A stretch of 64,000 nt of DNA from the human T2T-CHM13v2.0 reference genome, Homo sapiens, in assembly GCF_009914755.1 (NCBI RefSeq), contig NC_060926.1. One strand, 5' to 3'. Numbering within the stretch: position 1 is the first letter of the stretch; the number at the start of each line of letters is the position of its first letter. This document shows, piece by piece, positions 16,673-37,821 of this stretch. Under the pieces are notes generated by a model. It ran no database searches. It saw nothing but the letters and a program-made list of their open reading frames with translations, and had not been told where the DNA came from. The position numbers and the translations under genes were made by a program.

Positions 16673-17053
16673 TGTATTAGTCTGTTCTCACACTGCTATA
16701 AAGAACTGCCTAAGACTGGATAATTTATAAAGGAAAAAGGTTTAATTGATTCACGGTTCCACAGGGCTGGGGAGGTCTCAGGAAATTTACAATCATGGTG
16801 GAAGGGTAAGAAAACACATGTCCTTCTTCACATGACAGCAGCAAGGAGAAGTGCAGAGCAAAACTGGGGGAAAGCCCCTTTTAAAACCATCAGATTTCAT
16901 GAGAACTCACTTACTATCATCAGAACAGCAGCATGGGAGTAACCACCCCCATGATTCAATTACCTCCCAACGGGTCCCTCCCATCACACCAGGGGATTAC
17001 AGGAACTACAATTGAAGATGAGATTTGGGTGGGGACACAGCCAAACCGTATCA
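16673..17053 (-). mobile_element. THE1C/D solo LTR
   Basis: tgtattagtc...ccaaaccgtatca; 5-bp TSD atcag. Confidence 0.9.
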
Positions 17054-17219
17054 ATCAGATTCATCATTGGACTCCCAGGCTTCTCATCCAGCATCCTAAG
17101 TGTGCATCACTGAAGCCTTTAGTCTTCACTCCTGATTGATTTGGGATCCATTGGTGAGTCAGACTCCTGAACCATTGCTCCAGTCAAATGACTGTCGAAG
17201 TTAGTGAGTACAGATTCCT

Positions 17220-23282
<6,063 letters not shown>

Positions 23283-23380
23283 GTGAGCACAGATTTCTAT
23301 TCTTAAGACTGAGTATAAGCTAAAAGCTGAATTAGAGTCTCAAGATTCTCTCTCTGTAAGAAGCTGGGTTACAGTCAAGT

Positions 23381-24027
23381 TTGTTTTGTTTTGTTTTGTT
23401 TTTAGAGACCAGGTTCTTGCTCTATCACCTAGGCTGGAGTGAGCAATCATAGCTCACTGTGGCCCTGACTTCCTGGCCTCAAGTGATCCTCCCACTTCTG
23501 CCTCCTGAGTAGCTGGAACTACAGCTGTGTATTAGTCTGTTCTCATGTGGCTAATAAAGACATACCCGAGACTAAGTAATTTATAAAGGAAAGATTTTTA
23601 ATGGACTCACAGTTCCACATGGCTGGGGAAGCCTCACAATCGTGGTGGAAGATGAAGGAAGAGCAAAGAGACGTCTTACATGGCAGCAGGCAAGAAAGCT
23701 TGTGCAAGGGAACTCCCATTTATAAAACCATCAGATCTTGCGAGACTTATTCACTACCATGAGGACAGTATGGGGGAACCAGCCCTATGAGTCAGTTATC
23801 TCCACCTGGCCCTGTTCTTGACACTTGGGGATTATTACAGTTCAAGGTGAGATTTGGGTGGGGACAAGCCATATCAAGGTGCATGCCACCACACACACCT
23901 AACTTTATTTTATTTTTTAGAGATAGGATTGGCCCAGGCTGGTCTCAAACTCCTGGGCTTAAGCAATCCTCCTGCCTCAGCCTCTGGAAGTGCTAGGATT
24001 ACAGACATGAGCCACAGTGCTAGGCCC
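23381..24027 (-). mobile_element. AluJ split by THE1B
   Basis: Alu halves at 23381-23527 and 23877-24027. Confidence 0.88.
23528..23876 (-). mobile_element. THE1B solo LTR
   Basis: ctaataaagacatacccgagact; TSD agctg/aggtg. Confidence 0.9.
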
Positions 24028-24900
24028 AAGCATCTTTGATTGGAAGCTGCCTGCTGTACTGGAAGTCCCGCTCTTTGTTTGCAGTGGAGATGATTCATTC
24101 ATTCTCTGACTCCTAGGCCTGGCTCTGGGCTGGTAAATTCTTCCTCACTTTGTTTCAAGTGGGGATCCCCTCCCCAAATCCTGGGCTGGAAGATTCTTCC
24201 CTGGCTCTTCATGAAGGCTCTCTGTTCTCTATTTGGCCCTGCTCCTCCCACGGGAATCTTTCAGTCCACTGAAACTTCCTTCTTGAACCCTGGCTAACTA
24301 TATGCTCCACCAGCTCTGTCCATCTTCTTAGTGCATGAGCTGGCTGAGGATAATTTAGAACTTGATTGGTCTTTCTGGGAAACTTAAGACCTCCCCAAAA
24401 CGGCCCCTCTAAGACCTCCGTCTTCCCATTATTTCCTCCTCCTTCCTCCTCCGACCACCTTTGATCTTCCCTTCAGCTCCCTTGAATCCTTTGATGTGTC
24501 CCCTTTAAACTCCTCCCCCTCCTGCCTCTGTCCACCCCCACCAGACATTTCTCTTTCCCAGCCCTTGGCTCCCTCAGCCATTTCAGTCCCCCTGCCCCAA
24601 TCAGGGGCTCTCAGGGGACTCATGTTATCCCAAAAGCAACTTCCTGAAGCTGAAAAGAAAAAAGCTGATTGGAATTAGATTAAATTTTTATCCACTCACG
24701 TGGGCTGTGAGGACATTCAGGCAGCCCCCAGCATCTCCTTAGTAACATGCTTGAAATGTGATCCACAGGCTCCAAGGGATTACATAACAGGGCAGAAGGA
24801 AATCTTAAAAATCTCCCCCACAAACACATACACATACACAAAAGCAACACACAATTCAGATACAAATATCAAAGATAAGAGTGTATTAAAATTTTAGAAT

Positions 24901-25172
24901 GGGCCTTGTGCAGTGGCTCATGCCTGTAATCCCAGCACTTTGGGAAGCCGAGGTGAGCAGATCACTTGAGGCCAGGAGTTTGAGACCAGCCTGACCAACA
25001 AACTGAGACCCAGTTTCTACTAAAAATACAAAAAGTAGCAAAGTGTGGTGGTGCATGGCTGTAATCCCAGCAATTCAGGAGGCTGAGGCATGAGAATCAC
25101 TTGAGCCAAGATCAGGCCTGCACTCCAGCCTGGGCAACAGAGCGAGATTATCTCAAAAAAAAAAAAAAAAAA
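24901..25172 (+). mobile_element. AluS with an internal deletion
   Basis: cacttgagccaagatc skips about 25 bp of the right arm. Confidence 0.9.
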
Positions 25173-25291
25173 AGGAACGGAAAGCTGTAAGATCTCTATT
25201 TGCATTTGTCCATGTATGTATGTGATGTACATGTGATAGTTTTCTATCTCCACATGGTGTTGCCAAAATTAATTAATAAAAGAGCTCTGTC

Positions 25292-25485
<194 letters not shown>

Positions 25486-25815
25486 AGTACTTATATAATT
25501 TAAATATTCCTAAAACTCTCAGAAATAAAGGAACTATATTGCTCTTCAAGTTTATATGACTTAGGTAAATCTTTGATATGTAAGATTAGTTTAATATTAT
25601 TGGCTTAATAAAAACAGTTGTGTCTTCTGAGTTCCAGCATTAAATGTAATATGAGCATACATTTCTATTCAACTTGGGTTTACTAGTTAAATAAGCTAAT
25701 ATTTTATCTACTGGATGTTTAAGAATATGAAAATTGTTAATATAATATGAGAACAAATGTACGAGTAAAGATGCAGTAAAAGTGAATTGCTTGAAGTCCA
25801 TTATTTCACTTATAT

Positions 25816-25904
25816 CAAACACAATAGTAAAGCAAACACAATAGTAAAGCAAACACAATAATAAAGCAAACACAACAGTAAAGCAAACACAATAGTAAAG
25901 CAAA
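25816..25904. repeat. 17-bp minisatellite, 5 copies (caaacacaatagtaaag)
   Basis: Counted directly; copies 3 and 4 each carry one substitution. Confidence 0.95.
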
Positions 25905-26010
25905 AGCTCTATGTATTTAATAATTTAGGTTTTTATTTTTATGATATTTGTTTAACATGCATGTGCTGTAAAAATAGTTAACAGAGGAAGAATTTGAGAT
26001 GATGGCTAGC

Positions 26011-26195
26011 TTTCTTTCTTTTCTTTTCTTTCTTTCTTTTTTTTTTTTTTGGTAGGATCTTGCTCTGTTGCCCAGGCTGGAGTGCAATAGCATGATCACA
26101 GGCTACTGCAGGCTCAAACTCCTGGCCTCAGGCAATCCTGCTGCCTCAGCCTCCTAAAGTGCTGGGATTATAGGCATGAGCCACTACACTTGGTG
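26011..26195 (-). mobile_element. Alu monomer or deleted AluJ
   Basis: Poly-T plus a hybrid right/left-arm Alu of about 150 bp. Confidence 0.8.
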
Positions 26196-26347
26196 CTAGC
26201 TTTGTTTAATACCTGAAAACAATTTTCAAAATCTTTTTGGTAACTTGCAACCTTGGAGTTATGCTAAGTTAAATTAAGTAACAGAAATCCATTAAATGTC
26301 TACATTGTTTCTAAGTACAATAAACTACCAAAACATTCATGGCTAAG

Positions 26348-26701
26348 TGTATTAGTCCATTTTCACACTGCTATAAAGAACTTCCCTGAGACTAGGTAAT
26401 TTATAAAGGAAAGAAGTTTAATTGACTCAGAGTTCCACATGGCTGGGGAAGCTTCAAGAAACTTAAAATCACGGTGGAAAAGGAAGCAGGCACCTTCTTC
26501 ACAAGGCGGCAGGAGGGAGAAGAGGGAAAGAGGAACTTCCAAACACTTATAAAACCATCAGATCTCATGATAACTCACTCAGTATCATGAGAACAGCATG
26601 GGGGAAATCACCCCCATGATCCTATCACCTCCCTCCCTCGACACGTGGGGATTACTATTTGAGATGAGATTTGGGTGGGGACACAGAGCCAAATCATATC
26701 A
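26348..26701 (-). mobile_element. THE1D-like solo LTR
   Basis: tgtattagtcc...gagccaaatcatatca; TSD ctaag/ttaag. Confidence 0.88.
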
Positions 26702-27817
26702 TTAAGATTAAGTTTAAATTTATATACTTTGGAGTTTTTCTTTTTACATGGTATAGGTAGATAAAATACATTTGGATCTGTTAGTAAACATTCTTTTTGT
26801 CATATTGAAAAATTTTACTATAAAGAAACAGTATATGTCTCTAGAAATTGTCAGATAGTATATTCATAAAACACTTGTTAGTATTTGTATAGTATTTTGC
26901 TAATCTGCTATAGAATACTGGTATGTGATGACAGTTCACAATTGTATGCTTCCTAGTTTTCTCTGTAAAAGAAAGGTTACTAATAGTTAAAATTATAATT
27001 AATATATGTAATTAAAACTATTAAAAATAATAAAGCTGGAGGAAAACAACTGCATATGAAAAGTATGCAAGGAAAATCGGATGTGTATGTATGCAAAGAA
27101 AGTAAGATGAAGGTATGTTTTTTTGTTAAGAGAAAGAGGGTAATTTTATTTTAATGTATTAATAGAACATCTAGTTGTTCCAGAATGAGAAAGGAAAATG
27201 TGGGGCAGGAGGTGAGGGGACCTGAATGGATGTAGAAGCGTTGTGGAAAAGGAATCTTGGAAAAGGAATTTTATGTATGGTCAAGCTGGCTAAGATTTGA
27301 ATGGATTTATTTATGTTTTTTTAAGCCCTAATATCAGAAGTACGTTGGTGCAAAACTAAAATTTGGTTTTTCTCTCTGTTAAAACAACAAAGTTTTCTTA
27401 GAAAGAGGTTGTAAAAGGTTTTTCTTCACCTTTTAAATAATCTGTCTAGGAAAGCAAGATTTTACATATTCTCAGAAGAATCTCCTGTGCTTTATGTTAA
27501 TCTTTGTCATGTCCTTGATTATTTAAGAGTACCAACACTTGTCACTTTTAAAAGAGCTGAAGTTTTTTTTGTGTGTGTGTGTGACAATTTTGCCTTCCCA
27601 AAAATCAAATCTTAAATGAAATCTTGTTCTCAAACTGACTTTGAGATTTCCCAGAGGGCTTCTTGAAAATCTTCAAGGATTGGTTCTTTAATCTTGTAAA
27701 AAGAGAAAATATAAAAATAAATTGGTGTATTTGATATGTTTAATGCATGAAAAGATGTTGTCACATAAGAAGGGATGCTTATCCTTTCCTGTGTTATATT
27801 TAGGGACATGAATAAGC

Positions 27818-28235
27818 TGTGGGGTCCTAATAAGGGAAAAAGAATCAGGCTGGTGGGAGCAGGAGAAAGCAAAAAGAAAAGGCAGATAAGCCATGCGTCT
27901 GTCCTTCTTCATGGTCCAGGACACACAGTCCTCCTGTACAAATAACTCACAATCTGCCTGTGCCCAGCTATCACCAGACCCTTGCCTGACAGAAAAATGC
28001 AAGCTAGCTCACTGCAACCTTGGTATTATCAGTATTGCACGCAGCCCTCTCCATCACAAGCACCATCCTATTAAATCCCCAGCAGTCAGCTCCTCTCTTG
28101 CTGATCTGCCTGTTGCTTTCTTGCAATGTATTTTCCTATTTTCGCTAAAAAATTTGCCTTTCTGTACCGACAATTGTCTTGGTAAATTCTTTTACCACCC
28201 ACACCACCAGCCCCAGCTAGTTGCTATCCATGACA
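27818..28235 (+). mobile_element. MER83/84-like ERV1 5' LTR
   Basis: tgtggggtcctaataagggaaaaag...tgaca, followed by a PBS and internal sequence. Confidence 0.7.
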
Positions 28236-28238
28236 TTT

Positions 28239-28256
28239 GGGTGGCCCATATGAAGA
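28239..28256 (+). promoter_or_regulatory. Degenerate primer-binding site (tRNA-Ile AAU type)
   Basis: gggtggcccatatgaaga matches TGGTGGCCCGTACGGGGA at 13/18, including CpG-decay changes. Confidence 0.5.
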
Positions 28257-28972
28257 CTCTCTCTTCTTACAGGAAACCCTCTCCCCTCTCTCTTTCCCAA
28301 CCCAGGGCCCTCGGTGGACAGCGTCTAAGCATGGAGACAACTGAAGGTCTCTGGCCGAAGTTACACTCTGGTGGGACTGAAAGGTGTCCATATGAAAGTG
28401 TCTAACTGCCACCACCCATCAGGTGAGGGACCTAAGTTTATTTTCTCTTTTCAGTCTTCCAGCAGCCGGCTGCTAGTATCCCTCTAGCAACTAACAGCAA
28501 CCAGCTGGGGCTGCTACTCAGTGTTGCCTAAAGGCCAAAGGGTGAACAGGGTTGGCTGCCTTGCCTGTGATGGAGGAAAATTCCCTCTTCTCTCTTTTCT
28601 GGCCAAAGGTCCCTAATCCCTATGTATGACATGACTGGCAGCGGTAGCTCATTCAGAGTGACTTCACACACATTTTGGGTGACTCATATCCTCTCTTTCT
28701 CACTCTAAATTCTCCTGTGGAGTCACCCAGTCATCTTGCTCTGGATGTTGCTAAATCAGGTGATCCCAGACAGCCTCAGAATGGTACATCTTTCTTTACC
28801 CACCCCCTCTCCTGGACTGGCACCAAGCCAAGTTGTTCCTTTACCCTTTTTCCTCATACCTGGGTTAATCACCCAGCATAACAGCATACCTGGACTGGCC
28901 ATCTGGCATAAGGCACCAGCATGAAGAGGTCTTTTCTAATGGGTGGGACACCCCTTTAGAAAGTGCACCTGA

Positions 28973-29324
<352 letters not shown>

Positions 29325-29429
29325 TCAGTGGGATGCCCCAAGAGAATGTGTGGTTCATGTCCCCAGGAGATGTTAGCCCTGAGTGGCTCATTTTCCAGTC
29401 CTTCCGTCGGACCCATCTATTCCTTCAAA

Positions 29430-30410
29430 CTCACTTCTAGGCTGCATTCCAAAGCACTGGGACAAATTCAACCCCCAAACCCTCAAAAAGGAAGGTCTAA
29501 TTTTCTTGTGAAATAAAGCATGGCCCCTCTGCAGAAAATCCTCAAATTAGTCTCCTCAGTCTTTTGTAACCAAGAGCAGAATAAGGAGGACAGGGCTAAG
29601 GAGAAAGAAAAATACAGGGACAAAAGGCAAGCTCAACTGTTGGCTGCTGTACAAGCCCCAGCCCCTCCCCATAGCTCTAAGGAAACTTCTCCAGGTAGTT
29701 GCCAGGCCACTGGAAGGCAAACTACCCCAATGGGATAAATGGGAAAAAGCTCTACATGGCTCTGCCACAAGCTCAGCCACTGGAAATGAAGCTTCCTTGA
29801 GGGCTGAAGTGCCTCCAGGATGGAATTCCAACCCTTGGTGGCCTTGAACTGAAGGGGCTCTCTGCTCCAGCTGCTTCCAAATCAGACACCACCATCAACA
29901 CAACAAAACCAAGGGCAACTCTGAAGGTGGCAAGTGAAATTATAAATTTCCCTTTTAAGTTCAAAAGCTACTTACTCTGTACTAATCTTCCCTGAACAAC
30001 TCTCCTCCAAATTCTGTCAGGTAATGAGGGCAAGCAGCACCTGCTCCCTCCCCCAAAAAATTCACACCCCTTTATATTACTTAAGGAACCAACGACCTTT
30101 CTCCCAACAGTCCCTATAGTATCTAAATAACCCAAACTCCTTTGGGACAAAAATATACTTTCCAAAATGGGTGCCTGCTTAATATTTACCCAACTTCTGA
30201 ATTCATCTTTCCCTCTAATAGCCCTATTTCTCCCAGGAATGCCAGCTAAATCTTTAACCAATAACCTTCACCTAGATAGTCTTACCTCCAGGGTTAAAAA
30301 TAGCCCACACTTATTCAGACAAACCCTAGCAAGAAATCTAACCAAGCAATCTCTAAGGGGGACTAACTTCTACAGTGTGTAGATCACCTCCTCATTTGCT
30401 CCCCCTTCAC
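29430..30410 (+). pseudogene. Deleted gag and pol (RT) remnants of a gammaretrovirus-like ERV
   Basis: Gag-like ...NQEQNKEDRAKEKEK...QAQLLAA; RT-like ...KNSPHLFRQTLARNL, and cttctacagtgtgtagatcacctcctc = LLQCVDHLL (decayed LLQYVDDLL) at about 30367-30393. Confidence 0.65.
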
Positions 30411-30555
30411 AGAACTCACACAGCAATGTGCAGTACAAACCTTAACTTCTTAACTAAAGGAAAATAATTGTTGTCTAATCCAAAAGCTATTTAAAAGTTA
30501 TAGTTGTTCTAACATTGGTTCCCTACATTGAAACAAAATTTTCTTAAGGTATTAA

Positions 30556-32316
30556 TGATGGCAGCAGTGGGCCATCTGGAGTTGACACTGCCATCACACA
30601 AGCTGCAGCAGGGAGGCATGGCTGGGGCTTCATGCTCAATGAAGCCAGTAAAGTGGGGGACAAGCAGGAGCCCTACCCCTTCTGAGTTGAAGCAGGAGCT
30701 CCTTGGATGCAGCTGCAGCCACCCAAGACACAGTTCCAGTTCCAGACATCCCTGTGCTCCCACTCCATGGAGCAAGCAAGAGCCCTGACCCTGGGATACA
30801 GCTGCAGCTGCCCAAACTACACCTGTGGACCTAGGCATCCCTGCACTCTTGGGGGCCCAAGAAGGCCCCCACTGCCCTTGCAGGCTTGGAAGTGCCTGCT
30901 CCCACTGCCTGGCTTCTCCCTGCTGTCAGTGCCTGCTCCAATCTTGGAGCAAAGTTGGGGCTGAGCCTGGGCATTGTTGCAGCCTGGCTGGGTGTGCACA
31001 CACTTGGGGCAGTGCTGACACACCAGGCCCCTGTTACCTCAGAACCCTCCAGATTTTGGGTGCGGATGAGCATGGAAGGGAAGCCAAGGCAGGACTGAGG
31101 CCAGCTCAGCAGCGCTGGCCTGCAGGCAGCCTTTGGTATGAACAGCCTGGGCACCATGAACCACAGCAGGAGGCAGACAGCCTCCTGGGCAGAAGGGGGC
31201 AAGTCCCAATGAAGCCCCACCTTCAGTCCAGGGAGGGCCTGAAGGCTGGAGGCCAGGCTGCCAGTCCCACGGACTGGAGTGGGAACTTACAGTGCCTTTT
31301 CCAGGCCTGCCCATGGCCACCCATGGACCAACTGCTGTGCACTTCCTCCCCTGCAGGCCCATAAAATCCCCAGGCTCAGCCAAACTTGGGCAGATATCAG
31401 TATGACCAGCTGCAGAGAGGAGCTACCCACTCCAGGGCCTCCTCTCTGCTGAGAGCTGGGGAGATGACGGGATGATCTGCCTGCAGAGAGGAGCAACCCA
31501 CTCCAGGGCCTCCTCTCTGCTGAGAGCTGCAGAGACAATGGGATGACCTGCCTGCAGAGAGGAACTTCCTATTCCAGGGTCCCCTCTCTGCCAGGAGCTG
31601 AACACTAGTGGGGACAGCCTGGTTGCAGAAAGGAGCTGCCCCCTGCTCATGTGGGAGACTGAGTTGTTCTATCACTCAATAAAGCTCCTCTTTGTTTTGC
31701 TCACCCTCCACCTGTCTGTGTACCTCATTCTTCCTTGTCACAGGATAAGAACTTGGGACCTGTTGAATGGTGGGGCTAAAAGAGCATTAACACAAACAGG
31801 CCTGAGACATGTCCCTTGCTCACCACATCACGGGGAAAGAGAAGGAGAGAAGAGCTGTGGCCCTTTGAGGAGCCCAGACTTGGGAGCTCCCTGAGCCAGG
31901 GCTGTGACTCCCTCTTTGGGCCCCTATGGTTCTTGGTGTCTCCAAGCTTCTGGGTGCCACCATGTACCCTGATGCCCACCATGGAAGTTGCCTGCAGTAC
32001 ACCTGGTCCAGCTGTAGCCTCGCGGAGAGCTGGCCCCCATGCTGGCACCTGGAACTGTCCATCCTGTTGCAGTAGCTGGCATGTCTGACTGTGCGCAGTG
32101 GCTGGACCCCATTCTCACTCACACACCCCTTGCTGTTCCATGCCTGACTTGCCCTTGGCAGGCGTGGGACCCAGGCCAGTAACATGAGCCGAGTGCAGCC
32201 TGCCAGGCCGAGTGACTGGAACAAGCCCAACAGGCCCAAACAAAACTCAGGCAAAGGTGCCACCAGCCACAGAGGTTTCTGGCCAGAAAAAGCAACACCC
32301 CAAAGATCCCATAACA
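30556..32316 (+). mobile_element. MER52-family solo LTR, complete
   Basis: tgatggcagcag...gatcccataaca; 4-bp TSD ttaa; internal ~63-bp repeats at 31410-31640. Confidence 0.9.
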
Positions 32317-32320
32317 TTAA

Positions 32321-34830
32321 TCTACTCTTAATAAAATTGCAAGAAATTTTAGTTTTAATTTTATAAATTAAAAGTATAAATTTTATAAATGTCTTTTTAA
32401 AACTTCTCAAAATTATATTTCAGAAGTTCAACTTTTGCTATATCTTGCTGCTTTCAGCTTTTTCTCCTCTGAAGAAGTCTTAAGATAATAACTCCTTCAG
32501 TATTTGTCAGGTCCTGTAACTTTTTCTTTCAGTTCTCACTGTTATAATGGCCTAATGCTAAGAAGTTTCATCTTAAAGGTCAAAATTAAGCAATATTCTC
32601 CTCTAATATAACTTAATCTTGTACTCTTGGCTTTTCTTAATATGTCAAAATTTGCAATTTAATAAAAACTTTTTATGCTGTTTCTAAAATTCGTGTATTG
32701 CCCTGCTATATTCATAACCCTGAACACACTCTTCCTATGTCTATTTACATTCAAACACTTTTTCATAGAGTTTAACTTCCAGGTTATCCAAATGGGCTTC
32801 CAATAAGGAAAAACAGTCACACTGCAAGAGGTTTTTCTTTGCTTTTTCGTTAACTTGTCAAATAAACTCCCGTCATATCTTTAAAAGCTCACAGGTTCAT
32901 AAAACTGCTAACTCAAGATCAAGCAGAACAATTAATTACTTGAGAATTACTAAATGAACTGATAGAGAGGATGAACATATCTTTGTTTGGAACATCACTA
33001 GGTTTTTAATGTTCCTTTTTTCCAGATATGAAGAACGCTTTATCCATTTTCTTCTAAGTTATCTGTAACTTACAACTATATAAGAGATTATACTGGCTGG
33101 GCATGGTAGCTCACACCTGTAATCCCAGCACTTTGGGAGGCTGAGGCAGGTGAATCCCTTGAGTCTAGGAGTTTGAGACCAGCCTAGGCAACATGGTAAA
33201 ACCCTATCTCTACCAAAAAAAAAAAAAAAAAAAAAAATTAGCTGGGTATGGTGGTGCATACCTGTAGTTCCAGCTACTCAGGAGGCTGAGGTGGGGGATC
33301 ACCTGGCTTGGGGAAGTCCACGCTGCAGTGAGCTACGATCACACCACTGCATTCCAGCCTGGGAGACAGAGTGAGAACCTGTCTCAAAAAAAAATAGGTT
33401 GTACCTTTATAAACAAGAAATCAAAATTTTTTTCTCCCTTTCTTATCCCTCTTGAGCTTGGAAACTCGAATTGAGTATTCTTTATTTTATTTTATTTATT
33501 TATGTTTTTTGAGAAAGGGTCTTGCTGTTTCCAAGGCTGAAGTGCAGTGGTGCAATCTCAGCTCACTGCAATCTCTGCCTCCAGGGTGCAGGCATTTCTC
33601 ATGTCTCAGCCTCCCAAGTAGCTTGGATTACAGATGTGTGCCAACACACCTGACTATTTTTTGTATTTTTAGCAGAGATGGGGTTTCACTATATTGACCA
33701 GGCTGGTCTCAAACACCTGACCTCAAGTAATCCATTCACCTCGGCTTCCCAAAATGCTGGGATTACAGGCATGACCACTGCACCTGGCTTTATTGAGTAT
33801 TCTTATTTTCACAGATAATATAATTATTTGCACAATTTCAGTAAGAATCTGTTCTCATAAAAGGACAAAATTGAAAGCATTGGTTATATTACCAAGGCTT
33901 TGACTGGAGTGTCATAGTTGAGAATGATGATAGCATCAGAAATGACCAGACAGTTTTAAGAAACTACAATTGATCTTATCGAGCCAATGCTTACAAAACC
34001 CCTTGGAAAAATCTGCCTGGTACCTGGCTTACAGGGCTCCCAGTACTGCAGATGTAAGGAAGGGCACTTCCTGGCAGGCTCAGGAAACTTAGGATATTTT
34101 GGGAAATCCAGGAAGAGAGAAATTTACCCAAATCTGTAGGTATTGCAGGAGAAATCTGGTGGTGAGTTCTTGGCTTGGCTTCTTATCCTTGAGAGGCTGT
34201 CAAAGTCTCATCTGAGATTTCTTGTGAAAAGTTCCAGCAAAGCAAACTCAAAAGGCCCATGTGGTCAATTACCACTTTGGCTACACTTATATAAATAATC
34301 AGGCTGAATTTAATGAGACCAGACATTTTGTAAACCAGAATCAGAATGTAGGTGATAGTGGAGGGAATTTTTATGTTTTAATGGAAAACTCTAGAGTACC
34401 CTAGTAGGTTCCTTCTTGCAAATTTTGCCAGTGCTTAGTAAATTCCCAATCCTTCTGTTTCCTCCAATGTCTGCCTACAACTCTCCAAACCAATGTTTTC
34501 CATTTTTCTTCCACCATCCTAACTTGGAATTCCTGAGAAATCAAACTTCCCTTTTTCCCAAGCCCCACAGACTGAAGCTGGATGACTTGATACAGACGTC
34601 AAAAAAAAAAACAATCACCTTTGTGCCTGCTGCCATGTGGGCCACTCAGAAAGTTCACTGAAACACCCAATGCTGTTGCCAAAGAGATCTAAACTGCAAA
34701 CAAGAAAATTCATCAGATTATGACTGCCCTTTCCACCTCACCATCTAAAGGTGCTTTGATCTTAAGTCTAGAAATCTGTCTGGACTCAGAAACAGTTTTC
34801 AACTATTCATCTTTGTATTTTTCTTCTGTT
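32321..34830 (+). mobile_element. MER4-group ERV internal 3' sequence with AluJ (33096-33394, plus) and AluS (33481-33789, minus)
   Basis: Continues the sequence interrupted by MER52; the Alus are visible directly. Confidence 0.6.
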
Positions 34831-34839
34831 CTTTTTCAT

Positions 34840-35166
34840 TTTTCTTTTCTTTCCTGTTCTTTTTGTCTTTTTTTTTTTTTTTTTTTTTTGACAGAGTCTT
34901 GCTCTGTCACTCAGGCTGGAGTGCCGTGGTGCAATCTTGGCTCACTGCAACCTCTGCCTCCCAGGTTCAAGCTTCTCATGCCTCAGCCACCCAAGTAGCT
35001 GGGATTACAGGTGTACACCACCCTGCCAGCTAATTTTTATATTTTTTGTAGAGATGGGGTTTTGCCATGTTGGCAAAGCTGGTCTTGAACTTCTGGCTTC
35101 AAGTGACCCACTGCCTTGTCCCCCCAAAGTGCTGGGATTACAGGCATGCACCACCACACCCAACCA
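34840..35166 (-). mobile_element. Alu (Jb/Sz-like)
   Basis: T-rich tail followed by Alu body. Confidence 0.92.
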
Positions 35167-35179
35167 TGTATTTCTTACA

Positions 35180-35529
35180 TTATCTGGATATCTTCAATAT
35201 ATGATTGGGTCCCTCATACTCCACCATCTAATCCATCTGGTTGATGTCTGGTCATCCTGGCCTGTCTTTAGCAATAATCCTGTTAGGTTGGTTTAGCCAA
35301 AAGCCCCCTTACCCTTGATGTTCCCTCTTAGTAATTTCCCATTCACTGAGCACTGACCCTGCTCCTTGACTATAAATTCCCACTTTTCCTTGTTGCCTTT
35401 GGAGTTGAACCCAGTCTCTCTCCCCAACTGCAAAACACTATTGCAGTAGTCCCCTCACCTATCACAATAGTCCTGAGTAAAGCCTGCCTTACCTCTTAAT
35501 GAGTGTCATAAATAACTTTTTCTTTAACA
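35180..35529 (+). mobile_element. MER31-like LTR (putative 3' LTR, 5'-truncated)
   Basis: ttagcaataatcctgttaggttggtttagcc...ttgcagtagtcccctcacctat...tttaaca, homologous to 16196-16642. Confidence 0.72.
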
Positions 35530-35716
35530 GTAATTACATATAATTTTTTCTCCTGACCCAGAAAACTTCTCCACAATGATAGTAGAGAAAGAAAACAGTT
35601 TTCTTATTTAGTAAGCATTAAACCAGAATGTGATGCATATCCAAGGCAATCTACTAAGAGATTACAAAGACAGAAAGTAACTCTACCCCCTTAGATGGTG
35701 CTGGGGCTCATGACAA

Positions 35717-36289
<573 letters not shown>

Positions 36290-36700
36290 CATTTTGAAAG
36301 GGAAATTTACACCTGCAGAGGAAATCTTCATTTGGAAGGATGTCTCCCTCTCTGTACCAGGAAGAGAAAGAGGATAAATCATCAGAGGCTTATCAGTGAA
36401 GAAGGCACCACATGAATCTTCAGGACAAACCTCACCTTTATTTAAGGTGCTTATCCTGGCACCTCATCTTAAATGGGCCTTTCTCCACACCCTTTTTTAT
36501 TTGTTTTGACAAATAATGGTATTTAAGTCCAAGGCTCCAGCTCTTTACTCTGGATATTTACTGATTTATCTGGTTTTCTCCCATGTGTATAGGATGTCTA
36601 CATGTTAAGAAACTTCTATTTGTTTTTCTCTTGTTAATCTGTCTTTTGTTACAGGGAGTTCCGGTAAGGGTGGAGAGAAAATTATTTTTCCTCCCCTGCA
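36290..36700 (+). mobile_element. MER39/MER34-group LTR (its 5' tip lies at about 35699-35716)
   Basis: End tttttcctcccctgca resembles 12870-12961; the tip tgctggggctca precedes the LTR8. Confidence 0.65.
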
Positions 36701-36719
36701 ATAGCCAAACAGATTTGAT

Positions 36720-37805
<1,086 letters not shown>

Positions 37806-37821
37806 AAGAACCCATTACATA

